Positions 1 to 11,601 of a stretch of DNA of 64,000 bases are shown piece by piece. Origin of the DNA: a virus; IMG/VR virus record IMGVR_UViG_3300042887_000598, positions 5,921 through 69,920 of that record; one strand, given 5' to 3'. The position numbers were made by a program, and so were the translations under genes. Numbering within the stretch: position 1 is the first letter of the stretch; the number at the start of each line of letters is the position of its first letter. The notes under the pieces were generated by a model, which had not been told where the DNA came from, ran no database searches, and was given only the letters and a program-made list of their open reading frames with translations.

Positions 1-2
1 CA

Positions 3-386
3 ACTCTTGATCGTATAGACAACAACGGCCCGTACTCTCCTGATAACTGCCGCTGGGCAACGCGAGATGAGCAGGCAAACAACAAGCGCAACAACCACTG
101 GATAACTGCAAGCGGCAAGACCCAGACTATGGCTCAGTGGGCAAAAGAGCTGGGGTGCAATCCAAGCAACATCATCTACCGTCTCCGAACTGGAATGTCG
201 CCAGAGGAGGCTGTTACCAAGCCGATTGCAGACCGTCCAAACTCCAAGCTCACCGAAGATGATGCGCGGTATGTCAAAGAGAACTATCCTGTGCTGACTT
301 CAAGTCAGCTTGCAGTTAAACTTGGCGTAAGCAAGAAAACAGTGCTCAACATCATCCACGGCAAAACTTTTAGGGATGTGCAATGA
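3..386 (+). CDS. HNH homing endonuclease with C-terminal HTH (5'-truncated at window edge)
   Basis: The frame is open from base 3: [29 protein letters not shown] (HNH-type DRIDNxGxYxPxNCRW motif), continuing into ORF 129..386. Confidence 0.85.
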   Translation, partial: TLDRIDNNGPYSPDNCRWATRDEQANNKRNNHWITASGKTQTMAQWAKELGCNPSNIIYRLRTGMSPEEAVTKPIADRPNSKLTEDDARYVKENYPVLTSSQLAVKLGVSKKTVLNIIHGKTFRDVQ

Positions 387-565
387 TTAAGATTGACTTT
401 GAATTTGACACACCTCATGGCGTATTTCGGGACGCCTTGCACCTGCCTGACGACCACGGCATGACTGACGAGCAGATTGATGCTATGAAACAGCAGCGCG
501 TGGACAACTGGATCGCCATCGTAACTGCTCCTCCGGTAGAAGAAACTCCTCCAACTGAGGAGTAA
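383..565 (+). CDS. small hypothetical protein, tail module
   Basis: 60-aa ORF, ATGA overlap with upstream stop, followed by GAGGAG RBS of the next gene. Confidence 0.7.
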   Translation: MIKIDFEFDTPHGVFRDALHLPDDHGMTDEQIDAMKQQRVDNWIAIVTAPPVEETPPTEE

Positions 566-567
566 AC

Positions 568-3500
568 ATGGATCGCTTCTGGGTTGGCGGAACTGGCACT
601 TGGAATACAAGCAGCACTACAAACTGGTCTGCTACCTCTGGCGGGGGTGGCGGTGCGTCTGTCCCTACAGCGGCTGACTCAGTATTTTTTGACCAAGCAG
701 GGACGTACACTGTCACCATGACGGGCGGATTGACCTGTCTTGACTTTACGGTGTCAGCGGGTACAGTTACATTTAGTGGCACGGGCACACCAACTATTAG
801 CGGATCAATGTCGCTTATTACGGGTACTCTTTGGCCTGCAACTGGATTTATTACATTTAACGCTACAACTACCGGAAAAACCGTTACAACAAATGGCGTA
901 TCATTTGCAGGATATATTATTTTTAATGGTATTGGTGGGTATTGGACTCTTGGTAGTTCTTTAACATCAACAAGTTCAACCGCTTTTCAAATAGGCGGCG
1001 GTACATTTGATACTGGAGGATATGCTTTAACTGTTTTTAACATAAACCTATCTTTTGCTGCAAACACAAGAGCAATTAAATTAAATAATTCGACAGTTAC
1101 ACTTACTGGCTCTGGTTCTGCTGTATTTTTATCCGCAGGCTCCAACACACTAACATTTGATGCTGGAACATCTCAAATAAACATAACCGCAGCTGGCAAC
1201 ATTGCAAACAACAGCACCTCTCCTGCAATAACATTAAATTTTTATAATGTTGCATTTACATCTACGGCAGCAGGTACTCGGTCTATCAGCGGCACAAACA
1301 CATTCAACAACCTGTCCGTTACCGGGCCTGCATCCGCTGGCCTAGTTACAGTCACCTTTGACTCCCGTCAAACCATCAACGGCACACTGTCCACCACAGG
1401 CACAGCAGGTAACAGGCGCGTATTCTTTGCATCAGCCACTTACGGCATCTCGACTGACCTCGTGGTCAACTCTGCCCCAAGCCTGACAGACGCAGACTTC
1501 CGTGGCCTGTACGTCCGCGGCACAGCAGCCCCTATCAGCGGAACACGCATCGGCAATCGCGGTGAGTGCAGGGGCATCACGTTCAGTACGCCTAAGACGG
1601 TGTATTGGAACTTGGCGGGCGTTCAGAGTTGGACCGCCAATGCTTGGGCAACCACACCAACAGGCACGCCGTCCACAGATAACTTTCCACTCCCACAAGA
1701 CACCGCTACGTTTACAAACGCAGGGTCAGTAACCGGAAACATTTCTCTTGGTGCTGTGATTGGTAGCATTGATATGTCTGGTCGCACAAGCGCCATGACG
1801 CTTGCTTTGTCGACTGCTACAGTTTACGGAAACTGGGCAAACGGATCGGGAACTACGCTAACAAACGCCGTAACGCTCACCTTCTCTGGCGGCACTACCC
1901 AAACCATCACCAGCGCAGGAAGAACCTTTTCATGCGGCATCACCATCGACACCTACGGCGGCACAGTACAGCTTGCTGATGCGTTAAACATTGGGTCGCA
2001 GTCTTTGACGGTGACAAACGGTACGTTTGCTACGGCGGGGTATGCGGTAACTGCTGGGGCTTTGTCGTCCAACAACAGCAACGTCAGGACTATTACGCTC
2101 GGGTCGAGTACGGTTTCAATTATTCAATTTGGTGTTGCGTTTGGAACTGCAACAAACCTTACTTTTAATGCCGGAACCTCCACCATTGACCTTTCAGGAG
2201 TTGGATCAGGGATTGCTGTTGGAGCAGGACTTACTTTCTATAATGTTAATTTTAGTTATACCGCTAGCACTGGAACTTCGCACAGTATTGCTGCAAGTGG
2301 AGCATCGTGCATTTTTAATAATATAACGGTAACTACGGCGCCCAGTGCAGGTATAAAAACAATCTCAATCGGTGTAAATCAAACCATCACCGGAACTTTG
2401 ACTGTCGCAGGCGCTTCCGCAGTCCGGCGCATCTTCTTGCGTTCAGACACCATCGGCACTCCGCGCACCCTGACTGTCAACGCCATCTCTGCCACTGACT
2501 GCGACTTTTGTGACATTAACCTTGCCGGGACTGCATCAGGCGCATCGCCTACACGCGCAGGTAACTGCGGCGGCAACACAGGCATCACGTTCCCCGCACC
2601 CAAAACCGTTTACTGGAACCTTGCTGGCACGCAAAACTGGAGTGCTACGGCTTGGGCTACAGGGTCTGGTGGTACACCTGCCATCAACAACTTCCCGCTG
2701 GCTCAAGACACTGCGGTGTTTGACAATGCGGGTTCTGCTGACACTGTAACCATTAATGCTGTATGGAACATTGGCACGTTTGACGCTTCACTGCGTACCA
2801 GTGCAATGACGCTAACAATTAGTTCTTCTTGTGTAACCTATGGCGACTGGAAGTTTGGCACAGGCGTTACATCGGCTGTCACGGCAACACTTGAATTTAC
2901 TAAAAACGGTACTCAAACAATAACCAGTAATGGCGTCCAATTTGGCTGCTCGTTAACAATAAACAACCCATTTGGAAACGTACAGCTTGCTGATGCTTTG
3001 CTGTTGGAATCGACAAAAGGTATAGTTCTTGCAAGAGGCACGTTTGATGCTGTCACTTATAACGTGACAACAGGGCTGTTTAGCAATGGTTCTACAGCAA
3101 ACACTTTGCGGATGGGGTCTGGCACTTGGACTTTATCTGGTACAGGTGCTGTGTGGAATTGCGCTACTGCACCGACACTTATCGCCAGCACATCTACGAT
3201 AGTTCTTTCTAACACATCAACAACCACAAGAACTTTTGCTGGCGGCGGTCTTTACTACAACAAGCTGACAATTGGCGGCACAACGGGAATATCAACTTTA
3301 CTGCTTCAGGGCAGCAACACATTTGGCGAACTTGCATCTACAAAAACAGTAGCGCACACAATTTTATTTGATTCCGGCTCAACCAATACTTTTGGCAAAT
3401 GGTCCATCACTGGAACCGCTGGTAACGTAGTCACCCTTAACTCAAATGCCGCAACCATAGCCTATAATTTTTCTATCGCAGGACCCGCTAACAGCGGCAT

Positions 3501-6500
3501 TGATTACCTGTCTGTTCGAGATTGCCTTGTTTCCGCCACAAGCCCCGGCGAGTTTTACGTTGGCGCAAACAGCACGAACGTATCCAACAACACTCGCGTT
3601 GTTTTTACAGCTACCCCTGCACCTCGCACACTGTATTGGGTAGGCGGCACAGGCAATTGGTCATCCACAACCAAGTGGGACACAACATCTGGTGGTGGTG
3701 GTGGAGCAGCTATCCCCACATCTTTGGATGCGGTCAACTTTAATTCGCTTTCCAACGCCACAGCCTACACAGCCACAATTGACGCTGGTGTAACGCTTGC
3801 CCGATGCGCCTCGTTCACAATGGCTGGCCCGTTAACTGGCAACGTGACCTTTGCTGGCACTGTGGGTATTGCCTTCCACGGCAACGTGAGTTTTGCTGCT
3901 ACGGGTATTACTCGGACGTACAACGGCTCAATGCAGTGGGCTGGCAACAGCAGTTACACGTTTAATACTGGTGGAAATTTGTTTTCTGGGTCTGCGGTTA
4001 ACGTTATTGGTATTGGAGCAACGTGGACACTTGCTAATTCTATATTTTTAGCTGGGAATATCTTAACAATTACTTATGGAACATTTGACACCTCCACCAG
4101 TAATTACCAAATAACCACAGGAAGATTAGATTCTGCAAATCGTAATATAAGGTCTATTTTATTAAACGGCTCAACAATTATTTCTGCTGCGCTAGGCGGC
4201 ACAACAATTCAGCTTGCTATTACTACAAATTTAACATTTAATGCGGGGACATCAACTTTTTCTTTGCAAAACGGCCTCGCAGCTATTAGTTCTGGCGGTT
4301 TGACTTTTAACAACGTCAGCTTTACTAGCACATCAGCATCAGGCATCACCATTACGGGTGCAAACACATTTAACACACTGTCGTTTGCTGGCCGCACATC
4401 TGTCGGCATTACACCTGTCACATTCAGTGCTGACCAAACCATCAGCACACTGACGCTGAACGCTGGAACAGCATCTGCCTACCGCACGTTCTTGGCATCT
4501 GACACCATCGGCACAACCAGAACATTGACGGTTGGCACTCTGACTGCTGGCGCTGCTGACATTGACTTCCGCGACATTACCATTGCTGGCGCTGCTGCAC
4601 CGATCTCAGGCACTCGGTTTGGTGACGCCAAAGGTAACAGCGGGATTACGTTCCCTGCGGCTAAGACTGTTTATTGGGCTTTGGCAACCAGCAACAACTG
4701 GGGAAGCACTGGATCAGGTTCGTGGTCTGCAACAAACGGCGGCTCGGCAGCGGCGGATCAGTTTCCTCTGGCACAAGACACGGCGTTTATACCGTTTGCC
4801 AGACCCAACAACAACCAAACCATCACAGTCAACGCCAACTACAACATTGGCACACTTGACATGAACGAGCGCAACGGCAGTGCGCTGGTGACGCTGGCGA
4901 CAGGTACAACTTTATCAACAGTTTACGGAAACTGGGTTAACGGCACAGGGACTACGCTGACAGGTGCAAATTTACTAACTTTTGCTGGGCGCGGCACTCA
5001 AACAATTACCAGTGCCGGTAGGACATTTACTCAATTTATTAGTGTGCAAAGTCCGGGCGGTAATGTTTTATTGGGGGATGCTTTATTATGCGACGGCTCT
5101 GGCACTTCACTTCGCGTTAACGCAGGGACTTTTAATGCTAACGGTTATAACGTAACACTTTCTAGTGGCGGTTTTTCGCTTTCAGTTGTTTCTACGGGCA
5201 GCAGAAATGTTAATGTTGGCTCTGGAACATGGGTGCTAGCAGGATCATCTTTTATATGGGACGCAACTGCATTGATTGGAATTACCGTAACAGGCACAGG
5301 CACGATCAATTTAACCTCTGCATCCGCCAAAACATTTTCTGGCGGCAGCATCTCTTACTCCGGCATCACCCTCAACCAAGGCGGCGCAGGTACGTTGACC
5401 ATTTCTGGCAACAATACCTTCAAGACCATCACCAACACCTACAGTGCTACAGGTGCAACAACCATTGCTTTGGGTGCTACAACGCAGACTCTGACGCAAC
5501 CTTGGACAGCAACAGGCGAAGCAGGACGGGTACTGACCATCAGCGGCACATCCGCAGCATCTCCCGGCATTTTGAGGTTTACCGGAGCAGGTCAAGCAGC
5601 CAACGTAGACTATCTGGCAATCAACAACGTCAGGGCATACAATTTGACAGACACTTGGTATGCTGGAGCCAATTCCACCAACGGCGGGACGTTAGGTTGG
5701 TACTTCATTGCCGCAGGCGGTACGGTTTACGCCGTCACCATCACCGAAACCGGAACAGGCACAGACAGCATTACGGCCAGCATAACTTTGCTTGGTTCAG
5801 TCTCAGAAACCGGAACCGGTACAGATTCCTTCTCTGCTGGTTTGGCGTACACCGGAGACATTACAGAGTCAGGCACTGTTACTGATGAAGTGTCTGCCAG
5901 ATTCCTCTTCCTTGGGGCTATCAGCGAAAACGCTACAGGCGAAGACCTTACAGCGGCCATCATGACCGCGCTTGGCAACATCTCTGAGACAGCCACCGGT
6001 ACGGACACGGACAGCGCCAATTTGACGGTAACACCAGCCGTAAGCGAGACCGCAACAGGAACCGACACCGAAAGCGCAAGACTGAGCGCAAACTCAAACA
6101 TCAGCGAAACAGCCACCGCAACGGACTCAGTGGCGGCTTTGGCAAGGCTCTTGGCTGCTGTTTCAGAGGCTGCAACTGCCACCGACCTCACAGACTCAAT
6201 CAAGGGCCTGTTTGCTTACATCGTTGAGTCAGCCAGCATCACTGACGCCCTGAACGCACCGGGCAGCACATACAACCCCTCCTTGAGCGAGACCGCTACA
6301 ACCACCGACAGCATCTCTGCGTTGGCCCGTTTTGCCGTTCAGGTTACAGAGTCGGCCAGCATCACCGATGCAACCGCTGCGTTTAAAGCTTACTTGGCCG
6401 CAATACTGGAGGCTGCTTCCGGCTCAGACGCCGTTTCTCCCCGTTACATTGCCAACCCAGCCATCAGCGAGACGGCCACGGGCGCAGACACAGACGCCGC

Positions 6501-7488
6501 AGCTTTCACTGCACGCTCCTCAGTTTCCGAAACGGCTGCTGGTACGGAGACTGTTTCCTCCCTCAGAACCCTGCGGCCAAGCATTGTTGAGACAGCGACA
6601 GCAACCGATACAGATTCAGCCAGATACAGCACCAACCCCGCCATTTCCGAGGCCGCATCCGGTGCAGACATCCCCAGCGCGGCAGCCACATTCCAGTCGC
6701 AGGTCACAGAAACTTCCGTAGCCCAAGACATTGTGCGCGGGTTCATGGTGGCGGCTGTACAGGTTTCGGAATCTGCCACCGGGTCGGATCAGATCAGCGC
6801 CCTCCGAGCTCTTGCTGCTGCGGTTGTGGAGACCGTGTCTGGCTCGGACGCAGTGTCAGCCAAGGCAGTCTTCCGGGGTATCTTGCAAGAGATCGCCACC
6901 CTGACAGACTCCGTTAATGCTCCGGGGTCCACCTACTCAGCACCGGTTATTGAGCTGGCAACGCTTCAAGACGCGGTACGGGCAGCAGCTACATTCCCCA
7001 CCGCCGTCATAGAAGCGGCCACCGGAACCGAGATCAACAGCGCAGCGTTTACACCGCTTGTCAGGATCGTCGAGACCGCAACCATCACAGACGTTGCGTC
7101 AGCCTTGGCTGCTTTCGCTGCACGGACGGCGGAGTCGGCCAACATCACCGACGAAGTGTCGCCTCCCGGCTCGATATACAACCCTGTGGTGCTGGCAGTT
7201 GCCCAACTTTTGGATCAGGTCAGCCCTGCTGGAAGCATCTACAACGCTCCGGTTCTGGAGTCGGCCACGATTGCGGACTCCCTGATTGGCGGGTTCCTGT
7301 GGAACCTGATCGATGATTCCCAAACGCCCGACTGGGGCGACATCAGCAACATACAGGCGGTATCGTGGGTTGTGGTAGCTGACAACCAGACCCCGAACTG
7401 GCAAAATGTCGGCAATACTCAAGGCACCGGGTGGACGCAGGTTAACACTGACGACGATCCAGACTGGCAATTAATATCCGCACCGTAA
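568..7488 (+). CDS. giant (2306 aa) Thr/Gly/Ser-rich tail fibre / adhesin-like virion protein
   Basis: Repeated modules starting YWVGGTG.W or TVYWNLAG..W with NFPLxQDTA; C-terminal ~600 aa of SETATxTD-type repeats; strong RBS. Confidence 0.8.
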   Translation: MDRFWVGGTGTWNTSSTTNWSATSGGGGGASVPTAADSVFFDQAGTYTVTMTGGLTCLDFTVSAGTVTFSGTGTPTISGSMSLITGTLWPATGFITFNATTTGKTVTTNGVSFAGYIIFNGIGGYWTLGSSLTSTSSTAFQIGGGTFDTGGYALTVFNINLSFAANTRAIKLNNSTVTLTGSGSAVFLSAGSNTLTFDAGTSQINITAAGNIANNSTSPAITLNFYNVAFTSTAAGTRSISGTNTFNNLSVTGPASAGLVTVTFDSRQTINGTLSTTGTAGNRRVFFASATYGISTDLVVNSAPSLTDADFRGLYVRGTAAPISGTRIGNRGECRGITFSTPKTVYWNLAGVQSWTANAWATTPTGTPSTDNFPLPQDTATFTNAGSVTGNISLGAVIGSIDMSGRTSAMTLALSTATVYGNWANGSGTTLTNAVTLTFSGGTTQTITSAGRTFSCGITIDTYGGTVQLADALNIGSQSLTVTNGTFATAGYAVTAGALSSNNSNVRTITLGSSTVSIIQFGVAFGTATNLTFNAGTSTIDLSGVGSGIAVGAGLTFYNVNFSYTASTGTSHSIAASGASCIFNNITVTTAPSAGIKTISIGVNQTITGTLTVAGASAVRRIFLRSDTIGTPRTLTVNAISATDCDFCDINLAGTASGASPTRAGNCGGNTGITFPAPKTVYWNLAGTQNWSATAWATGSGGTPAINNFPLAQDTAVFDNAGSADTVTINAVWNIGTFDASLRTSAMTLTISSSCVTYGDWKFGTGVTSAVTATLEFTKNGTQTITSNGVQFGCSLTINNPFGNVQLADALLLESTKGIVLARGTFDAVTYNVTTGLFSNGSTANTLRMGSGTWTLSGTGAVWNCATAPTLIASTSTIVLSNTSTTTRTFAGGGLYYNKLTIGGTTGISTLLLQGSNTFGELASTKTVAHTILFDSGSTNTFGKWSITGTAGNVVTLNSNAATIAYNFSIAGPANSGIDYLSVRDCLVSATSPGEFYVGANSTNVSNNTRVVFTATPAPRTLYWVGGTGNWSSTTKWDTTSGGGGGAAIPTSLDAVNFNSLSNATAYTATIDAGVTLARCASFTMAGPLTGNVTFAGTVGIAFHGNVSFAATGITRTYNGSMQWAGNSSYTFNTGGNLFSGSAVNVIGIGATWTLANSIFLAGNILTITYGTFDTSTSNYQITTGRLDSANRNIRSILLNGSTIISAALGGTTIQLAITTNLTFNAGTSTFSLQNGLAAISSGGLTFNNVSFTSTSASGITITGANTFNTLSFAGRTSVGITPVTFSADQTISTLTLNAGTASAYRTFLASDTIGTTRTLTVGTLTAGAADIDFRDITIAGAAAPISGTRFGDAKGNSGITFPAAKTVYWALATSNNWGSTGSGSWSATNGGSAAADQFPLAQDTAFIPFARPNNNQTITVNANYNIGTLDMNERNGSALVTLATGTTLSTVYGNWVNGTGTTLTGANLLTFAGRGTQTITSAGRTFTQFISVQSPGGNVLLGDALLCDGSGTSLRVNAGTFNANGYNVTLSSGGFSLSVVSTGSRNVNVGSGTWVLAGSSFIWDATALIGITVTGTGTINLTSASAKTFSGGSISYSGITLNQGGAGTLTISGNNTFKTITNTYSATGATTIALGATTQTLTQPWTATGEAGRVLTISGTSAASPGILRFTGAGQAANVDYLAINNVRAYNLTDTWYAGANSTNGGTLGWYFIAAGGTVYAVTITETGTGTDSITASITLLGSVSETGTGTDSFSAGLAYTGDITESGTVTDEVSARFLFLGAISENATGEDLTAAIMTALGNISETATGTDTDSANLTVTPAVSETATGTDTESARLSANSNISETATATDSVAALARLLAAVSEAATATDLTDSIKGLFAYIVESASITDALNAPGSTYNPSLSETATTTDSISALARFAVQVTESASITDATAAFKAYLAAILEAASGSDAVSPRYIANPAISETATGADTDAAAFTARSSVSETAAGTETVSSLRTLRPSIVETATATDTDSARYSTNPAISEAASGADIPSAAATFQSQVTETSVAQDIVRGFMVAAVQVSESATGSDQISALRALAAAVVETVSGSDAVSAKAVFRGILQEIATLTDSVNAPGSTYSAPVIELATLQDAVRAAATFPTAVIEAATGTEINSAAFTPLVRIVETATITDVASALAAFAARTAESANITDEVSPPGSIYNPVVLAVAQLLDQVSPAGSIYNAPVLESATIADSLIGGFLWNLIDDSQTPDWGDISNIQAVSWVVVADNQTPNWQNVGNTQGTGWTQVNTDDDPDWQLISAP

Positions 7489-7497
7489 GGAACACGT

Positions 7498-9405
7498 ATG
7501 ACAACAGGAAATACAACGCTGCTTGGTCTGGCTCTGCCAGTTGAAGGCGAGCTTGATGGCACATGGGGTGATGTTGTCAACGACTCGATTACCTCGCTGC
7601 TGGACTCCGCCATAGCGGGCACGACCACTCTGAGTGCGGATGCAGACGTTACCCTAACTACCACGGCCCTTGCAGCCAACCAAGCTCGTCAAGCGATTAT
7701 CTTGTGGAACCCGGCTTCGGGCACAGTGACCCGCAACATCACAGCTCCTGCGCAGTCTAAGATTTACACGGTGATTAACGCTTCGGGCGGAACGCAGTCC
7801 ATTGTTTTCCGTGGCGCAGGTCCAACGACAGGTGTAACCATTGTCAAGGGCGAGTCTGCTGTTGTTGCATGGAATGGCTCTGACTTTATAAAAGTCAGTT
7901 CGACTGGCGGCGCAGGTACTTTCACGAACCTGACCGTCACGGGCAACCTGACTGTCAACTCTCTGACCAACACTCGCGTACCCTACGCTTCGACTTCTGG
8001 CTTGCTGGTTGACTCCGCCAACATGACCTTCAATGGCACCCGCCTGACGGTTGCTGACCTTGCTGACTCTGGCCTGACCTCGGGTCGCGTGACATACGCA
8101 AGCACTGGCGGTGCGTTGGTGGATTCTGCAAACTTGACGTTTGACGGGACGACGCTGACCGCAAACGCTCTGACCACCACTTCCACAGTCACGATCAACG
8201 GCGGCACAGCCAACGGCGTGGCCTACCTCAATGGCTCCAAAGTTCTGACCACTGGGTCTGCGCTGACGTTTGATGGGACGACTCTTGGTATCTACAACGG
8301 CACTGCTGACGCGCAGCGGTTAAATCTTGGTACATCTGGAACAAACGCAGTTATTCAAGCAACACGGGCGTCTGGAACAGTGCCAAATATGATTTTCCAA
8401 ATTGACGCTGCCGAACAAATGCGCCTGACCAGCACAGGTCTGGGTATTGGGACGAGTTCGCCGGGGTACAAGCTGGATGTGAGTGTTGGAACAAACACAA
8501 TTGCACAGCAATGGCAGGGGGCGGGTACAAACTTCACCTTGCGCTTGAAATCTGGCAACGGCGCAACCCCTTCATCCTCAGTGTACCGCCTGTACATGGA
8601 TTACTTGAACGGCACTGCAACAAACAGCTACATTGATTTCTACCGTGGTAGCGGTGGTGCTGATGGGTACTTGGTTTTTGGTGCTTCTGGCGCTGACAAA
8701 ATGACTCTCGACTCCTCCGGCAACCTCGGTATTGGGACGAGTTCGCCTTCTGCAAAACTGCAAGTGGCAAATGGCAACATTTTGCTATCAAACGCCTACT
8801 ACCTTTCCGCACGGAACAACGCCAACACTTTGTCGATCAGCTTGATTGGTCGAAACACCAGCGATCAGGTTTTGATTGACCCAGATGGCTACGGCACGCT
8901 GATCGGTGCTGGCGGTGCGTTGAATTTGAATAGCGCAGGCAACCTCGGCTTGGGGGTTACTCCGAGTGGCTCTTGGGAACCTACTGTTAAAGCAATTCAA
9001 ATCTCCAATGCAGGCCAATATATTGCCAGTGGTTCCACTACTTTTAGCGGAGCAAACCAGTTTTGGTTGGGTAACAACGGGTATTTAAACAGTTCAGGAC
9101 AATGGATTTACTTGCGTTCTGTAGGCGCTTCTCAGTACAGGCAGTTTGACAACGAACACGCTTGGTTCACCGCCCCCTCCGGCACAGCAGGCAACGCTAT
9201 TAGCTTTACTCAGGCGTTAACCCTCACGGCGGCGGCAAACCTGTTGCTTGGTGGTACATCTGACCCCGGTGGTGCTTCTGTTTTGTATATTGCGAATGGG
9301 ACTGTCCCCGGAACACCTTCAGGTGGCGGCGTTATCTACGTAGAAGCTGGCGCTTTGAAATACAAAGGAAGTTCTGGCACAGTAACAACATTGGGGGCTG
9401 CATGA
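7498..9405 (+). CDS. tail fibre protein
   Basis: N-terminal [16 protein letters not shown] anchor; repeated [10 protein letters not shown]-type fibre motifs. Confidence 0.8.
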   Translation: MTTGNTTLLGLALPVEGELDGTWGDVVNDSITSLLDSAIAGTTTLSADADVTLTTTALAANQARQAIILWNPASGTVTRNITAPAQSKIYTVINASGGTQSIVFRGAGPTTGVTIVKGESAVVAWNGSDFIKVSSTGGAGTFTNLTVTGNLTVNSLTNTRVPYASTSGLLVDSANMTFNGTRLTVADLADSGLTSGRVTYASTGGALVDSANLTFDGTTLTANALTTTSTVTINGGTANGVAYLNGSKVLTTGSALTFDGTTLGIYNGTADAQRLNLGTSGTNAVIQATRASGTVPNMIFQIDAAEQMRLTSTGLGIGTSSPGYKLDVSVGTNTIAQQWQGAGTNFTLRLKSGNGATPSSSVYRLYMDYLNGTATNSYIDFYRGSGGADGYLVFGASGADKMTLDSSGNLGIGTSSPSAKLQVANGNILLSNAYYLSARNNANTLSISLIGRNTSDQVLIDPDGYGTLIGAGGALNLNSAGNLGLGVTPSGSWEPTVKAIQISNAGQYIASGSTTFSGANQFWLGNNGYLNSSGQWIYLRSVGASQYRQFDNEHAWFTAPSGTAGNAISFTQALTLTAAANLLLGGTSDPGGASVLYIANGTVPGTPSGGGVIYVEAGALKYKGSSGTVTTLGAA

Positions 9406-9887
9406 TTACCCAACAAGACGTAGCAGACTGCTTTGAGTACCGTGACGGGTACTTGTATTGGAAAGGCGTAAGTCATCCAAACAAACAGCACATGATGGAC
9501 AAACCTGCTGGCTCAATCCACAAGACGGGCTATCGGCATATTACATGGCGTGGCAAGGTTCAAAAGGCTCACCGCTTGATCTTTATGCTGCATCACGGCT
9601 ATCTACCACCAGAGGTTGACCACATCAATGGCGACCGTGCTGATAACCGCATTGAGAATCTACGACCAGCTACACGCAGCGAAAACCAATGCAACCGCAA
9701 CGCCTTGGCAAGCAACACATCAGGTTACCCCGGTGTGTCTTGGCATAAGGCCAGCAAAGCATGGCTTGTGCGTGTGATGAAAAACGGCAAGTCACATCTG
9801 ATTGGCTACTTCAAAGACTTGGAGTTAGCTGGACTTGTCGCAACCGAAGCACGCTCTTTGTATCACGGCGCTTACGCCAAATCTTAA
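9402..9887 (+). CDS. HNH homing endonuclease with AP2-like C-terminal domain
   Basis: AHRLIF...[23 protein letters not shown] then [10 protein letters not shown]. Confidence 0.9.
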   Translation: MITQQDVADCFEYRDGYLYWKGVSHPNKQHMMDKPAGSIHKTGYRHITWRGKVQKAHRLIFMLHHGYLPPEVDHINGDRADNRIENLRPATRSENQCNRNALASNTSGYPGVSWHKASKAWLVRVMKNGKSHLIGYFKDLELAGLVATEARSLYHGAYAKS

Positions 9888-9905
9888 CCCCCGAAAGGAC
9901 TTATC

Positions 9906-10211
9906 ATGACTACATACAACTGGACAATCACACAGACCAACTACGAAGTCTCCAACGGCTTCATCACCACAGCACACTGGACCGCTTCTGCTACTGATGG
10001 CGAGTACACGGCATCCATCTATTCGACCTGCTCATGGGCTGATGGCACTCCTACGGTTCCATACGCTGATGTGACCATGCAAGAAGTGCTGGACTGGTGC
10101 TGGGCATCGGGCGTTGACAAAGCCGCCACTGAAGCTTCTCTGGCCCAAAACATCGAGTTGCAAAAGAACCCTGTGACCGCTACTGGTACGCCTTGGGCCG
10201 CTGCGGCATAA
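9906..10211 (+). CDS. hypothetical protein (tail-fibre associated)
   Basis: 101-aa ORF with AAGGA RBS; position after the fibre genes. Confidence 0.7.
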   Translation: MTTYNWTITQTNYEVSNGFITTAHWTASATDGEYTASIYSTCSWADGTPTVPYADVTMQEVLDWCWASGVDKAATEASLAQNIELQKNPVTATGTPWAAAA

Positions 10212-10264
10212 TTGCCTCCGGGGTTACGGCGCTGCCCCTTATCAGCGACTGCGTGGAGAAACAC

Positions 10265-10441
10265 ATGAACGAGCAAAATATTACCCTGTCCTTGAACTTG
10301 GTCAACGGCGTACTGCAGTACCTCGGTACACGCCCCTACGGTGAGGTCTTCCAACTGGTGCAAGCCATTCAGGAGCAGGCCATCCCGCAGATCAAAGTTC
10401 CTGAAGTCGCTGAGCCAGAAGCCGCTGGCGGCACGGACTAA
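10265..10441 (+). CDS. hypothetical protein
   Basis: ATG at 10265 after GGAGA RBS (MNEQNITLSL...). Confidence 0.6.
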   Translation: MNEQNITLSLNLVNGVLQYLGTRPYGEVFQLVQAIQEQAIPQIKVPEVAEPEAAGGTD

Positions 10442-10540
10442 GATGCGAGACTGGCTGTTGTCGTTTATAGCGGCAGCAGCCATCGTGTCAGGGGTCATCT
10501 TGCTCGTCAGGATGGCCCTTTTTGCTTTTAGGTAGTACTT

Positions 10541-10987
10541 ATGTTGGCAGAAATTGCAGCAGCGAACGCGGCGTTTGCAGTGATCAAAAGTGCTCTGGCC
10601 AACGGCAAGGAGCTGCACCAGCTCGGCTCACGGGTCTTTGATTACTTCGACAGCAAGGCCAAGATTCAAGAATCTGCCAACAAGAAGGGTGGCAGCTCAG
10701 ACCTTGAAGAATTCATGGCGCTGGAGCAGTTGCGCAAGCAGGAAGAAGAATTACGGGAGCGCATGGTTTACGCTGGCAGACCGGGTATGTGGAATGACTG
10801 GATCAAGTTCCAAGCCCAAGCAGCAAGGCAGCGTAGAGAAGCCAAAGAAGCTGCTGCCCGTGAAGCAGCAAGGCGCAGACAACAGCTTGAGAACTTAGCA
10901 GAGTACATCGCCATTGGTGTGGCGGTCATTGTCTTGGCGGGGCTACTTGTCGGTGGCATCGCCCTCTACATGAAGCATTTGCGATGA
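10541..10987 (+). CDS. membrane-anchored coiled-coil protein (lysis region)
   Basis: 148 aa with C-terminal hydrophobic helix IAIGVAVIVLAGLLVGGIALY. Confidence 0.7.
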   Translation: MLAEIAAANAAFAVIKSALANGKELHQLGSRVFDYFDSKAKIQESANKKGGSSDLEEFMALEQLRKQEEELRERMVYAGRPGMWNDWIKFQAQAARQRREAKEAAAREAARRRQQLENLAEYIAIGVAVIVLAGLLVGGIALYMKHLR

Positions 10988-11601
10988 GCGAAGAAAAGCC
11001 AAACGCCAATACAACGCTTGACAAGGTGCTGTCTTATGTAGACTCGCCATTTAAGCTGTTTGCCATCCTTGTAATGGGCATTGTGGCCTTTGCAGGGTAC
11101 TTTCTCTGGGAGAACCAAGAGTTCATGCGGGATGCCTACAAGGAATCCCAGAAGCTGCCAGAGATCAACACCTCAAGAGCAGATGATGTAGGCTCGATGC
11201 TGATGAAGAAAACCGGGGCCACAGTTGTCGCGGTGTTCAAAGTCAACCCTTTGTTCAATAGCCGGGTGCTGTACCGGGCGTATACCAAGGACGGCAGGGA
11301 CAAGACGATTGAAGATATTGATGTGGGTCTGTTCAGCCAGAACGCATCCAACAATGCGGATGTTGTGCGGCTGATGTCCAACGAGCTTCCTTGCGGGGAA
11401 TACCGCTACGCTCAAAGTGAGGTGGGCCTGTGGTACTTGGAAAAAGGCGTGGCATACACCTGCCGGGTGAGCATTCCGCCGGACAGCTACAGGTTTGTGG
11501 GGCAGGTTACGGTGGGCTGGACAGAGCCCCCACAAGACCTCCAACAAGTAAAATTCATGCTGGAAATTGCCAGCGCAATGCTAACCAAAAGGGGTAACTG
11601 A
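10984..11601 (+). CDS. membrane protein, lysis region
   Basis: N-terminal TM helix LFAILVMGIVAFAGYFLW; coupled to both neighbours. Confidence 0.65.
   Translation: MSEEKPNANTTLDKVLSYVDSPFKLFAILVMGIVAFAGYFLWENQEFMRDAYKESQKLPEINTSRADDVGSMLMKKTGATVVAVFKVNPLFNSRVLYRAYTKDGRDKTIEDIDVGLFSQNASNNADVVRLMSNELPCGEYRYAQSEVGLWYLEKGVAYTCRVSIPPDSYRFVGQVTVGWTEPPQDLQQVKFMLEIASAMLTKRGN

Noticed and set aside
568-9405. Diversity-generating retroelement acting on the tail fibres
   Set aside because: No reverse transcriptase and no TR/VR pair differing at adenines was noticed
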